From NCBI GenBank assembly GCA_944351395.1, contig CALVPP010000002.1:1-57619 (forward strand): a DNA stretch of 57,619 nucleotides, read 5' to 3'. Position 1 is the stretch's first letter; each line of letters starts with the position of its first letter. The position numbers and the translations under genes were made by a program. The DNA is from an uncultured Bacilli bacterium. GTDB taxonomy: Bacteria > Bacillota_I > Bacilli_A > RFN20 > CAG-826. Below the pieces are notes generated by a model, which saw only the letters and a list, made by a program, of their open reading frames with translations, made no database searches and had not been told where the DNA came from. This document shows positions 9,414 through 18,005 of the stretch, piece after piece.

Positions 9414-10694
9414 TTAATCTTTTAAACAAGTTATTGGAATAATTTTAACATCATTTTTTGTATAACAAATATCACCAGTAGTAATAATAATCATCAAATC
9501 TGGTTCTCGAATTGGTAGTTTATTTTTGTCTTTATTGTTTTCAACTACTAATTCTTTAAATTTTAATAAGTTGTTTATGCCTTCATCAATTCGTTTGCTA
9601 CCCAATTTAACTTCCACAAGAGCGTACCGACCATCTGATAAGGTAACAACCCAATCTATTTCCAGATTATAGGCATCGTGATAATGCTTTATAGTGCCAC
9701 CAAGTGAAGAAGAATAAACTAATAAATCTCGATATACTAAACTTTCAAATACATGGCCAAATAAATCAAAATCTTTAAAATAATAATTAGGCGATATTCC
9801 TAAAGCTGCAGACGCGATTGAAGGATCGATAAATATTCTTTTTTTCGGCATCCTTATTGCTTTTTTACTTCTTATTTCTGGATTCCACGCATCAACATCA
9901 GCAATAACAAATAGCTCTTTCAATTTATCGACGTATTCATCAAAAGTTTCTTCGCTAATTTTGTAATTTGCAACGACATCATTGTAAATAACATTCTTTT
10001 TCGCAAGTGTACCTATATTTCTTGCGTATGACTTTAAAATAGCATTAACAATTTCTGGATTCCTCTTTTTATTATCAAGCGAACAAATATCTTTTTCGCA
10101 TATTTGCTTAAAATAATCGCGAGCGATAAGAAGTTTAGCCTCGTCATTTTGAATCGCCATAGTGCGAGGCCATCCACCTCTACAGGCAACAAATATCAAT
10201 CTGTTGATATCTACATCACTTGTTATCCCATCTATTGCCAAATTAGGATTATCAAACAATTCCTTTAGTGATACTTTTCCATTCGAATCACTGGTTTCAT
10301 ACAATGACATAGGGTACATTGTAACCGTTGAGATTCTAGTTGTACCAGTATGTGCGGTATTAACTTTTTTTGAAGAAGAACCAGTAAGATAAAACTGTCC
10401 AAAACAATCTTCATTGTCGCACGCTAAGCGAACAAGCCCCCATATTTTCGGAGCATCTTGCCATTCATCAAATAGCGTAGGACGAGGAAAATTCAAAAAA
10501 GCATTAATGTTTGAGTCGGCTAAAAGAAGGTATGAATTCCTGCGCGACTCGTCCTCAAATTCAATTGTATAAGAACATCTCTCTTTTGCAGTTCTTGTCT
10601 TACCAGAACCTTTTGGACCTAAAATATTTATTGCTCCAAAAGCTTTTTCTCTTAAATCTAAATCTTTGTCAATTATTCTTTTGATATATTTCAT
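9414..10694 (-). CDS. Solitary AAA+ ATPase with a DUF4143-type (PD-(D/E)xK-like) C-terminal domain (COG1373 family)
   Basis: Walker A is ILGPKGSGKTRTA and Walker B is TLFDEWQDAP. The C-terminus reads GHVFESLVYRDL...LEIDWVV...YALVEVKLG, a nuclease-fold-like E..D..E.K pattern. There is no recognisable SD before the ATG. Confidence 0.75.
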   Translation of the reverse strand: MKYIKRIIDKDLDLREKAFGAINILGPKGSGKTRTAKERCSYTIEFEDESRRNSYLLLADSNINAFLNFPRPTLFDEWQDAPKIWGLVRLACDNEDCFGQFYLTGSSSKKVNTAHTGTTRISTVTMYPMSLYETSDSNGKVSLKELFDNPNLAIDGITSDVDINRLIFVACRGGWPRTMAIQNDEAKLLIARDYFKQICEKDICSLDNKKRNPEIVNAILKSYARNIGTLAKKNVIYNDVVANYKISEETFDEYVDKLKELFVIADVDAWNPEIRSKKAIRMPKKRIFIDPSIASAALGISPNYYFKDFDLFGHVFESLVYRDLLVYSSSLGGTIKHYHDAYNLEIDWVVTLSDGRYALVEVKLGSKRIDEGINNLLKFKELVVENNKDKNKLPIREPDLMIIITTGDICYTKNDVKIIPITCLKD

Positions 10695-10741
10695 ATTTAC
10701 AATTTCATTTTAGCAAATTTATTCTTAGATACAACAAAAAT

Positions 10742-10805
10742 CGGAATTTCCTAGGTACTTTTACCGGAATTTCCCAGGTACTTTTACCGGAATTTCCCAG
10801 GTTTT
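10742..10805. repeat. 23-bp direct tandem repeat, 2.8 copies
   Basis: Copy 1 (10742..10764) is CGGAATTTCCTAGGTACTTTTAC. Copy 2 (10765..10787) is CGGAATTTCCCAGGTACTTTTAC. Copy 3 (10788..10805) is CGGAATTTCCCAGGTTTT. The repeat starts 7 nt upstream of a candidate TTGTAT-16-TGcTAAAAT promoter for the ATPase gene. Confidence 0.9.
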
Positions 10806-11050
10806 AGAAGTTCATTTGTGGCTGGAACTAGTATTTATTTTTTAAGATGATTAAAATTAGCACGTTGCACTATAGATAAAAAATATTTTCTTAAAGCAGT
10901 ACTCATTTTTTAATAAATCGTGTCATTTTTTAATCGATACCTTCGTTATGAAACCATAGTCTTCCTCACAATCTAAACGCACCATACATATCGATCTTAT
11001 CGAATAAAATTAATAATATTGTTTTATTAACATGGGTTTTATCGAATATT

Positions 11051-11085
11051 AAAAAAGGAACCCTGTTAAACACGAACAAGATTCC
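11051..11085 (-). terminator. Rho-independent terminator after the 863-aa lipoprotein gene
   Basis: Minus-strand RNA reads GGAAUCUUGUU-CGUGUUU-AACAGGGUUCC. This is an 11-bp stem with two G-U pairs, followed by U6. Confidence 0.8.
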
Positions 11086-11117
11086 TTTAATTTAGTTAAT
11101 TAATGTAGATACTTCTA

Positions 11118-13709
11118 TTATTCACCAGCTGCTACGCCAAAGAATAAATTGACATATGCAACGGAAGCAGTTCTTACATCTAATTGAACTGCGATGGTGA
11201 CATTCGTATCAGGATTAGTGTAGATTGTAGCACCATTAGCATCTGTCGCACCATCAGTCGTCCAACCTGCTTCAGTTAAAAGAGCAACATAAGTAGTATG
11301 CATTTCTGTTGCTTCCGCTTCAGTACCATAGAAATAAGCGGAGGTTGTAGAACTATCACATGCCCATTCGGCATCTAAGAAAGGTACGACATCAACATCA
11401 ATACCGGCTGTTTCCATTGCGGCAGCAAAATCAGCATCGTATTCAGACCAAGTTGTTGCGACTGTTGGCACAGTTGCGTCACTATAGGCAGAGAATACTA
11501 CTTCAACGTAGTAGTATACATCGAATACATTAACTGGATTAACAGCTACTGCGATTGGATTACCTGGCAAAGTATAGACTTGATACCCATTAGAATCTTC
11601 AAGACCTTCATCTAATGACCATCCAGCAGTAGTTAAAGCATCGACCATTTCAGCAGCTAGAGCTTCTGCTGTCTCAAAAGAATCTAGATATGCACTCTCG
11701 GCTAACATGCCATAGTATGAGTCATTATACACTGTCCAATCTAAATCGATGAACGGAACAGAATCGATATTTCCGCCTAATGCTTCATTGACAGAGGCTG
11801 CCCATTCGGCATCAACTTCACTCCACATAGTAGCAGGAATTAAATCTTCTGATGCCCAGAAGATGATATCACAGACAAATTCACCACTGCTTGCTTCCCA
11901 AGCACTAGTAGAGACATAAATTGTGCTTACGCCATTAGAATAGACGCTTGCGCCATAACCATCTGTAATGTCAGGAACAATTGTCCAACCAGCAGCTCCA
12001 AGAACTTCGATGTATTCATTAGATAGAGCTTCTGCTTCTGCTAACGTTTCAAAGGATGCTTGGACACCAAATTCATAATAAATAGTATCTGCATAGCCGA
12101 ACCAATCAGCAGCGATGAATGGCACATTATCAACATCTTCACCTAAGTAAGTGACTGCGGAATCATACCAACCAGTTTGACCACTAACTTCACTCCAAGC
12201 TTCAGGAGCGTATTCGACAAACGTTGCATCTGCGTATGGGAAGACGGAAGAACCAATGTTAGAGATATTGATAGTTAATTCACCAATTATAAGTCCAAAA
12301 CCGTAGTAATCATACTCATAGGATAAGGTTGCACCAGTAACGGTCGTTCCTTCAGTTGTTAGAACAACTTCGACAGAACTAATATTCATGATCATGTAAT
12401 AAGAACCGATGAACGCTAATGCGGGGTCAAGACCGAGCAAAAGATTATCAGTTAAACCACCAGCTAAACTATAGACACCATTACCTAATGGAGTGAATAA
12501 GTCAGCAGAGAAGTCGACTGGATTGAGCATATCAGAGATAGCTGGAGCAAGAGGCGATTTACTATTAGCAGTAATCGTATTTGCTTCTTCGTCCACTGTG
12601 ACTTGGAATACGCCTTGTCCTTCAACTAAAGCATAAGTGGCCTCTGGCATAGCAATGCCTTCAGGAGTGACGATAACTTCACCCATAGATTCACCGCCAT
12701 CAACGATGTCTAAGGTGTAATTTTCGTTTTCTAATCCGGTGAGGAATGAATTGACGATAGCAGCATCATCACCAGTAATTGCTGGATTAGGATCTCTACG
12801 AGGAGCACCGATAGCTTCTTTCGTCGTCACGTTTGCAACTACGGTATTGGTGTAGTTAGCGTTGGCGGTCGTGCCATCTTCGAGTTCAAGTTCAACGATA
12901 CCAGAACCGACGACGGTAAGAGAAGCGACACTACCATCTTTGTTTAATTTGATAGTAACAGTATCGGTGACATCAGCGATGTAACCAGATAATTCGGATG
13001 CTAATTCGACAGCACCATGTTCTGCACCGATAGCTACATCTAATTGAGTTGGACTCGTCAATGTAACTTCATCAGCGGTAATAGTGTTGAAAGAATAAGC
13101 AATATAGTCATCTGCTAAGACTGGCTCGCCATCAGAGGTGTATTGAATTTCAGAAACTTCGTTATGATTATCGAGAACATAATCGACGAGGTAACCTTCT
13201 TCATTAGCAAAATAGCTATAAACAGAACCTTCAGAAGAATAGTACCATTGTTCATTGCCTTCATTAACATTTAGATATGTATTGAAGTCAAAAGAACCTA
13301 AAGCACCATAATCTGGAGAGACGAGAGTAGATGTACCAGTGACAGCAATTTCATTAGCGATGCTTGCTAACACAGCCTCTACATCAGGATTGACAGTTAA
13401 GGTAACTTCATCCTTTAAAACTGTCTCTTCACTTGTAGCAACTAAAGTGATGTCGACTGTGCCGACACCGACTGCAGTTACGAGACCTGCATCGCTTACG
13501 GTAGCAACTTCTGCATCACTTGTCGCCCATGTGAGTGTAGCGTCTGCGCCTTCTGGTGTAACAGTCGACGTGAGTTGGAGAGTATCTCCAATTTCTAGAG
13601 TCGTCGTCGACGCGTTAATTTCTACGTCTTCGGGAGGAATGACCGTAGGAGCACAACCAGCAAGGACAAGAGCACACATTGGTAATAGAATAAATTTCTT
13701 CAAATGCAT
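11118..13709 (-). CDS. Large, highly acidic surface lipoprotein with an N-terminal Big_2 (bacterial Ig-like) domain and three tandem C-terminal modules
   Basis: Lipobox LVLAG-C. The segment TLEIGDTLQLTSTVTPEGADATLTWATSDAEVATVSDAGLVTAVGVGTVDITL is a textbook Big_2 domain. The C-terminal ~365 aa hold three ~120-aa repeats with the pattern WSE..(A/D)..VPFI..DW...AEA...AGW....D..G..(V/I)Y. K and R are nearly absent. Confidence 0.85.
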   Translation of the reverse strand: MHLKKFILLPMCALVLAGCAPTVIPPEDVEINASTTTLEIGDTLQLTSTVTPEGADATLTWATSDAEVATVSDAGLVTAVGVGTVDITLVATSEETVLKDEVTLTVNPDVEAVLASIANEIAVTGTSTLVSPDYGALGSFDFNTYLNVNEGNEQWYYSSEGSVYSYFANEEGYLVDYVLDNHNEVSEIQYTSDGEPVLADDYIAYSFNTITADEVTLTSPTQLDVAIGAEHGAVELASELSGYIADVTDTVTIKLNKDGSVASLTVVGSGIVELELEDGTTANANYTNTVVANVTTKEAIGAPRRDPNPAITGDDAAIVNSFLTGLENENYTLDIVDGGESMGEVIVTPEGIAMPEATYALVEGQGVFQVTVDEEANTITANSKSPLAPAISDMLNPVDFSADLFTPLGNGVYSLAGGLTDNLLLGLDPALAFIGSYYMIMNISSVEVVLTTEGTTVTGATLSYEYDYYGFGLIIGELTINISNIGSSVFPYADATFVEYAPEAWSEVSGQTGWYDSAVTYLGEDVDNVPFIAADWFGYADTIYYEFGVQASFETLAEAEALSNEYIEVLGAAGWTIVPDITDGYGASVYSNGVSTIYVSTSAWEASSGEFVCDIIFWASEDLIPATMWSEVDAEWAASVNEALGGNIDSVPFIDLDWTVYNDSYYGMLAESAYLDSFETAEALAAEMVDALTTAGWSLDEGLEDSNGYQVYTLPGNPIAVAVNPVNVFDVYYYVEVVFSAYSDATVPTVATTWSEYDADFAAAMETAGIDVDVVPFLDAEWACDSSTTSAYFYGTEAEATEMHTTYVALLTEAGWTTDGATDANGATIYTNPDTNVTIAVQLDVRTASVAYVNLFFGVAAGE

Positions 13710-13803
13710 AATTTTCTCCTTTCCATTACTTATTTAGTAAAGATATTCACTTTCTTATCACAATGCAATACTTTTTTTAAGAAATTTTTAAAACGAGAAA
13801 AGA

Positions 13804-13858
13804 TAAAAAAACACGCGTTAATTTATTAAGATTTTAAATAATTACTATACACGCGTGT
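13804..13858 (-). terminator. Possible long-loop terminator after the flavodiiron gene
   Basis: On the minus-strand RNA, ACACGCG (near 13858) can pair with CGCGUGU (near 13812). The loop is ~36 nt and a U7 run follows. The first arm is also part of the perfect 14-nt palindrome ATACACGCGTGTAT. Confidence 0.4.
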
Positions 13859-13913
13859 ATGATTTAGTTAAAGAATTAATGAAAATTTTTATCGTCACTT
13901 ATTAATTAACAAT

Positions 13914-15113
13914 TTATTCAAGACTTTTTTTAATTGCGTCAGCAAGAGCGATTAATTTTAAATAACTATCTTCATCGACACTAGATTTAATAGTGACATC
14001 TTCTTCTAATATGGTCATATTTTTCATCTTATTCACTTCTTCTTTCATGAGTTTGCCAGCTTGCGGAGCCCAACTACCATTCTCGACGATCGCTATTGTC
14101 CTAGAAGATAAATTATGTGCTTGTAAATCGTGCAATAAATTGTGCATGAGTAAAAAGATACCCATATTGTAAGTCGTCGACCCTAAGACGATATGAGAAT
14201 ATTTAAAAGCATTGCTCACGACGACAGATACATCAGTTAAAGACAAATCGTAGACGTCGACCTTTACGCCTCTTTTGACGAGTTGACACGCTAAAATGTT
14301 CATCGCATTTTCCGTGTGACCATAAACTGAACTATAAGCGATGAGAACACCTTTTTCTTCTGGTGTATATGTACTCCATAAATTATATTTTTCGATAATT
14401 TTAGCAAAATCATTACGCCAGACGAAACCATGAAGCGGACAAATTAATTTAATATCTAAACCACTAGCTTTTTTTAACACTGCTTGTACTTGTGGACCAT
14501 ACTTACCGACGATATTCGTATAATATCTTCTCGCTTCATCTAAATAATCATTAAAGAAATCCACTTCGTCATTAAATAGATGGCCATTTAGTGCGCCGAA
14601 TGTCCCAAAAGCATCAGCACTAAAGAGAATTTTATCTTTCATTTCATAACTCATCATCACTTCTGGCCAATGCACCATTGGAGCGTTCACAAATGTAAAG
14701 GTATGTTCGCCAACATTTAAAGTATCGCCTTCATTGACGAGATGAACTTTAGCGTCTAAATCTTTACCAAAAAATTGATGAATCATATTTAAAATCTTTT
14801 GATTACATACAATAGTGGCTTCTTTATGGTAATCGAGTAATGTTTTCAGAGTTGATGAATGATCTGGTTCCATGTGATGGACAATGACATAATCTAATTT
14901 TCTTCCCGCGAGAGCGAATTCAACGTTTTCTAAAAATGTTTCTAAACACGCTTTATCAACTGTATCTAACAATACTGTTTTTTCATCTTTTAAAAGGTAA
15001 GAATTATAGGACATACCTCTTTTTAAAGGATAAATTCCTTCGAAGATATGAATTTTTCTATCGTCCGCGCCAACCCAAGTTAATGATTCATTTACTTTTC
15101 TTACACAATGCAT
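13914..15113 (-). CDS. FprA-family A-type flavoprotein (flavodiiron protein, O2/NO reductase)
   Basis: Metallo-beta-lactamase-like domain with the di-iron motif HHMEPDHS, followed by a C-terminal flavodoxin-like domain (VLIAYSSVYGHTENAM). Confidence 0.88.
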   Translation of the reverse strand: MHCVRKVNESLTWVGADDRKIHIFEGIYPLKRGMSYNSYLLKDEKTVLLDTVDKACLETFLENVEFALAGRKLDYVIVHHMEPDHSSTLKTLLDYHKEATIVCNQKILNMIHQFFGKDLDAKVHLVNEGDTLNVGEHTFTFVNAPMVHWPEVMMSYEMKDKILFSADAFGTFGALNGHLFNDEVDFFNDYLDEARRYYTNIVGKYGPQVQAVLKKASGLDIKLICPLHGFVWRNDFAKIIEKYNLWSTYTPEEKGVLIAYSSVYGHTENAMNILACQLVKRGVKVDVYDLSLTDVSVVVSNAFKYSHIVLGSTTYNMGIFLLMHNLLHDLQAHNLSSRTIAIVENGSWAPQAGKLMKEEVNKMKNMTILEEDVTIKSSVDEDSYLKLIALADAIKKSLE

Positions 15114-15160
15114 AATTTTAAATACCTCGCTTTTCTTTCATCGATACCATTATAACTAAA

Positions 15161-15178
15161 GAAGTAAATAATTACTTC
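15161..15178. promoter_or_regulatory. 7-4-7 inverted repeat GAAGTAA-ATAA-TTACTTC, a candidate Fur-family (Zur/PerR-like) operator
   Basis: Perfect 7-bp arms sit in the divergent region between the flavodiiron gene and the ZIP zinc transporter gene. The core GTAA..TTAC resembles the Zur/PerR/Fur core GTAAT-N-ATTAC, but the spacing differs. Confidence 0.35.
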
Positions 15179-15245
15179 AAAAATGCATAAAAATCTTTAT
15201 CATTTCGCTTGTATTTGCTTTTCTCGTCCATATCATAATAGACAT

Positions 15246-16055
15246 ATGGACGCATTAACTTCATCAATCATATCTATTTGCATCATTTTTGGAGGATCAG
15301 CAATCGGATCCGCTCTAGTGTTTTTCTTTAAAAAAGATTTATCTGATAAGATGAATAATCTCGTTTTAGGTTTCGCAAGCGGCATCATGATTGCAGCGGG
15401 TATATTTGGCTTGCTCATCCCTTCGATTGAAGAAGCTCAAAACTCATCTACCTATGCATCGTTCCCATACGTCCCTGTTCTCATCGGATTTTTCATCGGA
15501 TGTATCATCCTTTATGCGATAGATAAAATCGTTCCACATTTGCACCACGAAGGCAGTGAGGAAGAAGGTATTAAGACGAACAAATTAGGCAAACACACCA
15601 AATTATTTTTTGCTGTTCTCATCCATAATATTCCAGAAGGCTTAGCCGTCGGTTTTGCCTGCGGTCTAGCATTAGCAAACCCAAGCCTCACTACTGCGAT
15701 GGCGGCTTTATCTTTAGCAATTGGCATCACTATTCAAAACATTCCTGAATCGTTTGCTGTCGCCGTACCTTTATACGCGAACGGTATGAAAAAATCTAAA
15801 GCGTTTCTTTTAGCTTTAGCGACTGGTATCGTCGAACCAATATTCGCTATAGTAGGTTTGTTTTTAGCGTTTTACATCGAACCATTGTTGCCCTGGTTAT
15901 TAAGTTTCGCTAGCGGGGCAATGATTTACGTCACTGTGGACGAATTATTGCCAGAAGCGAGAAAAGGTGCTGCTATACATTATGGATTATGGTCGTTTAT
16001 CATCGGATTCATGATCATGCTCGCATTAGAAGTAATACCTATCAATGTCATTTGA
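15246..16055 (+). CDS. ZIP-family (ZupT-like) divalent metal transporter
   Basis: Polytopic membrane protein with a His-rich loop (HLHHEGSEEEG) and the ZIP signature HNIPEGLAVG / QNIPESFAV. I moved the start to MDALTSS (15246). Confidence 0.85.
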   Translation: MDALTSSIISICIIFGGSAIGSALVFFFKKDLSDKMNNLVLGFASGIMIAAGIFGLLIPSIEEAQNSSTYASFPYVPVLIGFFIGCIILYAIDKIVPHLHHEGSEEEGIKTNKLGKHTKLFFAVLIHNIPEGLAVGFACGLALANPSLTTAMAALSLAIGITIQNIPESFAVAVPLYANGMKKSKAFLLALATGIVEPIFAIVGLFLAFYIEPLLPWLLSFASGAMIYVTVDELLPEARKGAAIHYGLWSFIIGFMIMLALEVIPINVI

Positions 16056-16662
16056 TGTTTTTTAAAATTTTCACTAATTCGTGTGCATTAGTGCTTGGAT
16101 TCATATCACAAAAATCATGTTCACATGCATTGTGATGTAGTAAAACTTTATCACAATTTTTAATGCATACATCTGCCAAAGGTTCTAATAATTCAAAATA
16201 ATTTTCACCTTTTCTATAATTTGGAAGGTGTTTTTTTAATTCGCGTTCCAACTGTCCAAAGTTCTCAAATTGTTTCGTAGTAAACATAAAGTGGAACAAT
16301 AAAAATACTTCGAAACATGGATTAGAAGGAAGAAATCTTATAGGTAACTTATTCTCTTTGATTATTTTTTGAATGTTTTTCATTTTATTTTTATCAAAAT
16401 CCATATCAAAAAGACAATAAAGCAAATCTCCATCCGACAAACCATTATTTTTAATGTAAGTTTTCATCTCATTCATAATGCCTTGAAGGTGCGTGTTGTT
16501 TCCAAAAACTTTTTTAATACGGTATCTATTTTGCAAAGAATTAAAGTTCTTAAAATATAAAAACTCGCTTCTATTTTTTCCTTCCACACCTAAAAGAATT
16601 AGTTTTCTTTCCTCTCGAAAATTAATTCTTCTTTTTTTCTGCCTACTTCTAATTTCTTTCAT
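16048..16662 (-). CDS. RloB-like Toprim-domain protein (AbiLii/RloB-like), partner of the upstream ATPase
   Basis: KLILLGVEGKNRSEFLYF matches the EGxxE Toprim/RloB N-terminal motif. LFDMDFD is a DxD motif. LPSNPCFEVFLLFHF matches the RloB signature SNPCFE.WLLLHF. There is a 4-nt overlap with the ATPase gene, and the 3' end overlaps the convergent ZIP gene by 8 nt. Confidence 0.8.
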   Translation of the reverse strand: MKEIRSRQKKRRINFREERKLILLGVEGKNRSEFLYFKNFNSLQNRYRIKKVFGNNTHLQGIMNEMKTYIKNNGLSDGDLLYCLFDMDFDKNKMKNIQKIIKENKLPIRFLPSNPCFEVFLLFHFMFTTKQFENFGQLERELKKHLPNYRKGENYFELLEPLADVCIKNCDKVLLHHNACEHDFCDMNPSTNAHELVKILKNIK

Positions 16663-17903
16663 GAATCGATATTCGGCATCGCTCCAAAACGACCTTCTAA
16701 GTATTTTTTTAAAACATTGTCATCTAATCTAACGCTAAATTCGTCCAACGAATAAAGTGAAGATGTTCCTAAATTAAAGTCCTTTTCAGCAAAATATATT
16801 TGGTCGCGTCTAAAATAATCTAGATTGAGCAACAAAATGTTATGTGAATTAAAAATTAACTGCGCACCTTTTTTATTAATGGTGGGGTCATTAAAAAGAT
16901 TTAAAATATATTTCATCATCTCGTGATGTAATCCATTATCCATTTCGTCGATGACTATAGTTTTACCATTTATCAAAGCATCGTAAATCAAAGGTGCATA
17001 ACATAATATTTTTTTTGTACCATTTGATTCAAATAAGAAATTTAATGGGAATTCGACTGTATTTTCATCTGTTTTAATCTTGTGTTGAGTAATAATTCTA
17101 AATCGTTTTAAACCTTCTACTGCTTTTGGGGTTAAGTTAAATCGACGCATGACATCTGCTTTGAAGTTGTCATCTGCATTGTCAACTTCATATGTATAGT
17201 TAGAAATATTGATGTCAGCTTCATTTAAAAATCTGATGATGAATTCATTTAGACCTAAATCCTCATTCTTATCTAACTGATTTGCTAAATAATTTAAATC
17301 AAAATAATTATTCTCGTATATTCCTATATCATTTTTAAAATATTCAAACGCTTCTAAAGTGGATTTTGCATTCCACGCAGTAGCAGTAGATAAGAAAAGT
17401 TTATTTTCAGATGTTCTAGCAACTATAGGTCCTAGTTCATCGCGAGTATTTTCTCTAAAAACATATTCATTGGTGTTTTTTCTTTCAAAAATTAAAGAGG
17501 GTTTTTGTGTTTTATAAACATATAAATATTCTTCAAAGATTTGTTTATTTGTCGCTTTAAAACCATATTCATATTTGCGACCATTTTTCATGAAAACAAA
17601 TTCGAACGAGGATGGCTCATTAACGTGCTTGTCATCAAATAAAAAAGGAACGAGGCGATTATAAGAATCCCCTATTTGGTGGATGTTGGAAGTTCTCACT
17701 AAATCTATTGCCACAGATAATGCTTCAAGAACAGCGCTCTTACCAGAGGCGTTTGCACCAAAAATAGCCACTGATGGGAGAACTCGTTCTCCATCTTCTA
17801 AGATGACGGAATCTTGATGTTCCTTAAAATTATTTGCAAGCAAATTTAATGTAGCTTCGTCGCGAAATGATTTAAAGTTTGCAAAAGAGAATTGAATGAG
17901 CAT
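16659..17903 (-). CDS. ABC/AAA_21-type ATPase (AbiLi/RloA-like)
   Basis: MLIQFSFANFKSFRDEATL.. is the typical N-terminus of this family. Walker A is FGANASGKSAVLEAL, Walker B is IVIDEMDNGLH, and the H-loop is FNSHN. SD GAGGAGG lies upstream of ATG 17903; the ORF-track start at 17933 was trimmed. Confidence 0.8.
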   Translation of the reverse strand: MLIQFSFANFKSFRDEATLNLLANNFKEHQDSVILEDGERVLPSVAIFGANASGKSAVLEALSVAIDLVRTSNIHQIGDSYNRLVPFLFDDKHVNEPSSFEFVFMKNGRKYEYGFKATNKQIFEEYLYVYKTQKPSLIFERKNTNEYVFRENTRDELGPIVARTSENKLFLSTATAWNAKSTLEAFEYFKNDIGIYENNYFDLNYLANQLDKNEDLGLNEFIIRFLNEADINISNYTYEVDNADDNFKADVMRRFNLTPKAVEGLKRFRIITQHKIKTDENTVEFPLNFLFESNGTKKILCYAPLIYDALINGKTIVIDEMDNGLHHEMMKYILNLFNDPTINKKGAQLIFNSHNILLLNLDYFRRDQIYFAEKDFNLGTSSLYSLDEFSVRLDDNVLKKYLEGRFGAMPNIDS

Positions 17904-18005
17904 ATGTTTCCTCCTCATTAATAAAATACACAAAAATAAGAGCCTATTTCAAATATATTTTTATATTTTTTGTATTTTTTTCACAAATTCTTGAAAAATA
18001 TGATA

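Noticed and set aside
10742-10805. I considered whether the 23-bp repeats could be a minimal CRISPR array
   Set aside because: The copies are directly contiguous with no spacers. The period is too short, and there are no cas genes in the window. This is a simple tandem repeat.
13339-13737. 132-aa plus-strand ORF
   Set aside because: It lies entirely antisense to the well-supported 863-aa lipoprotein gene. Its Ser/Thr/Val-rich low-complexity translation is a mirror of the acidic, Ala/Thr-rich sense frame, and it has no SD.
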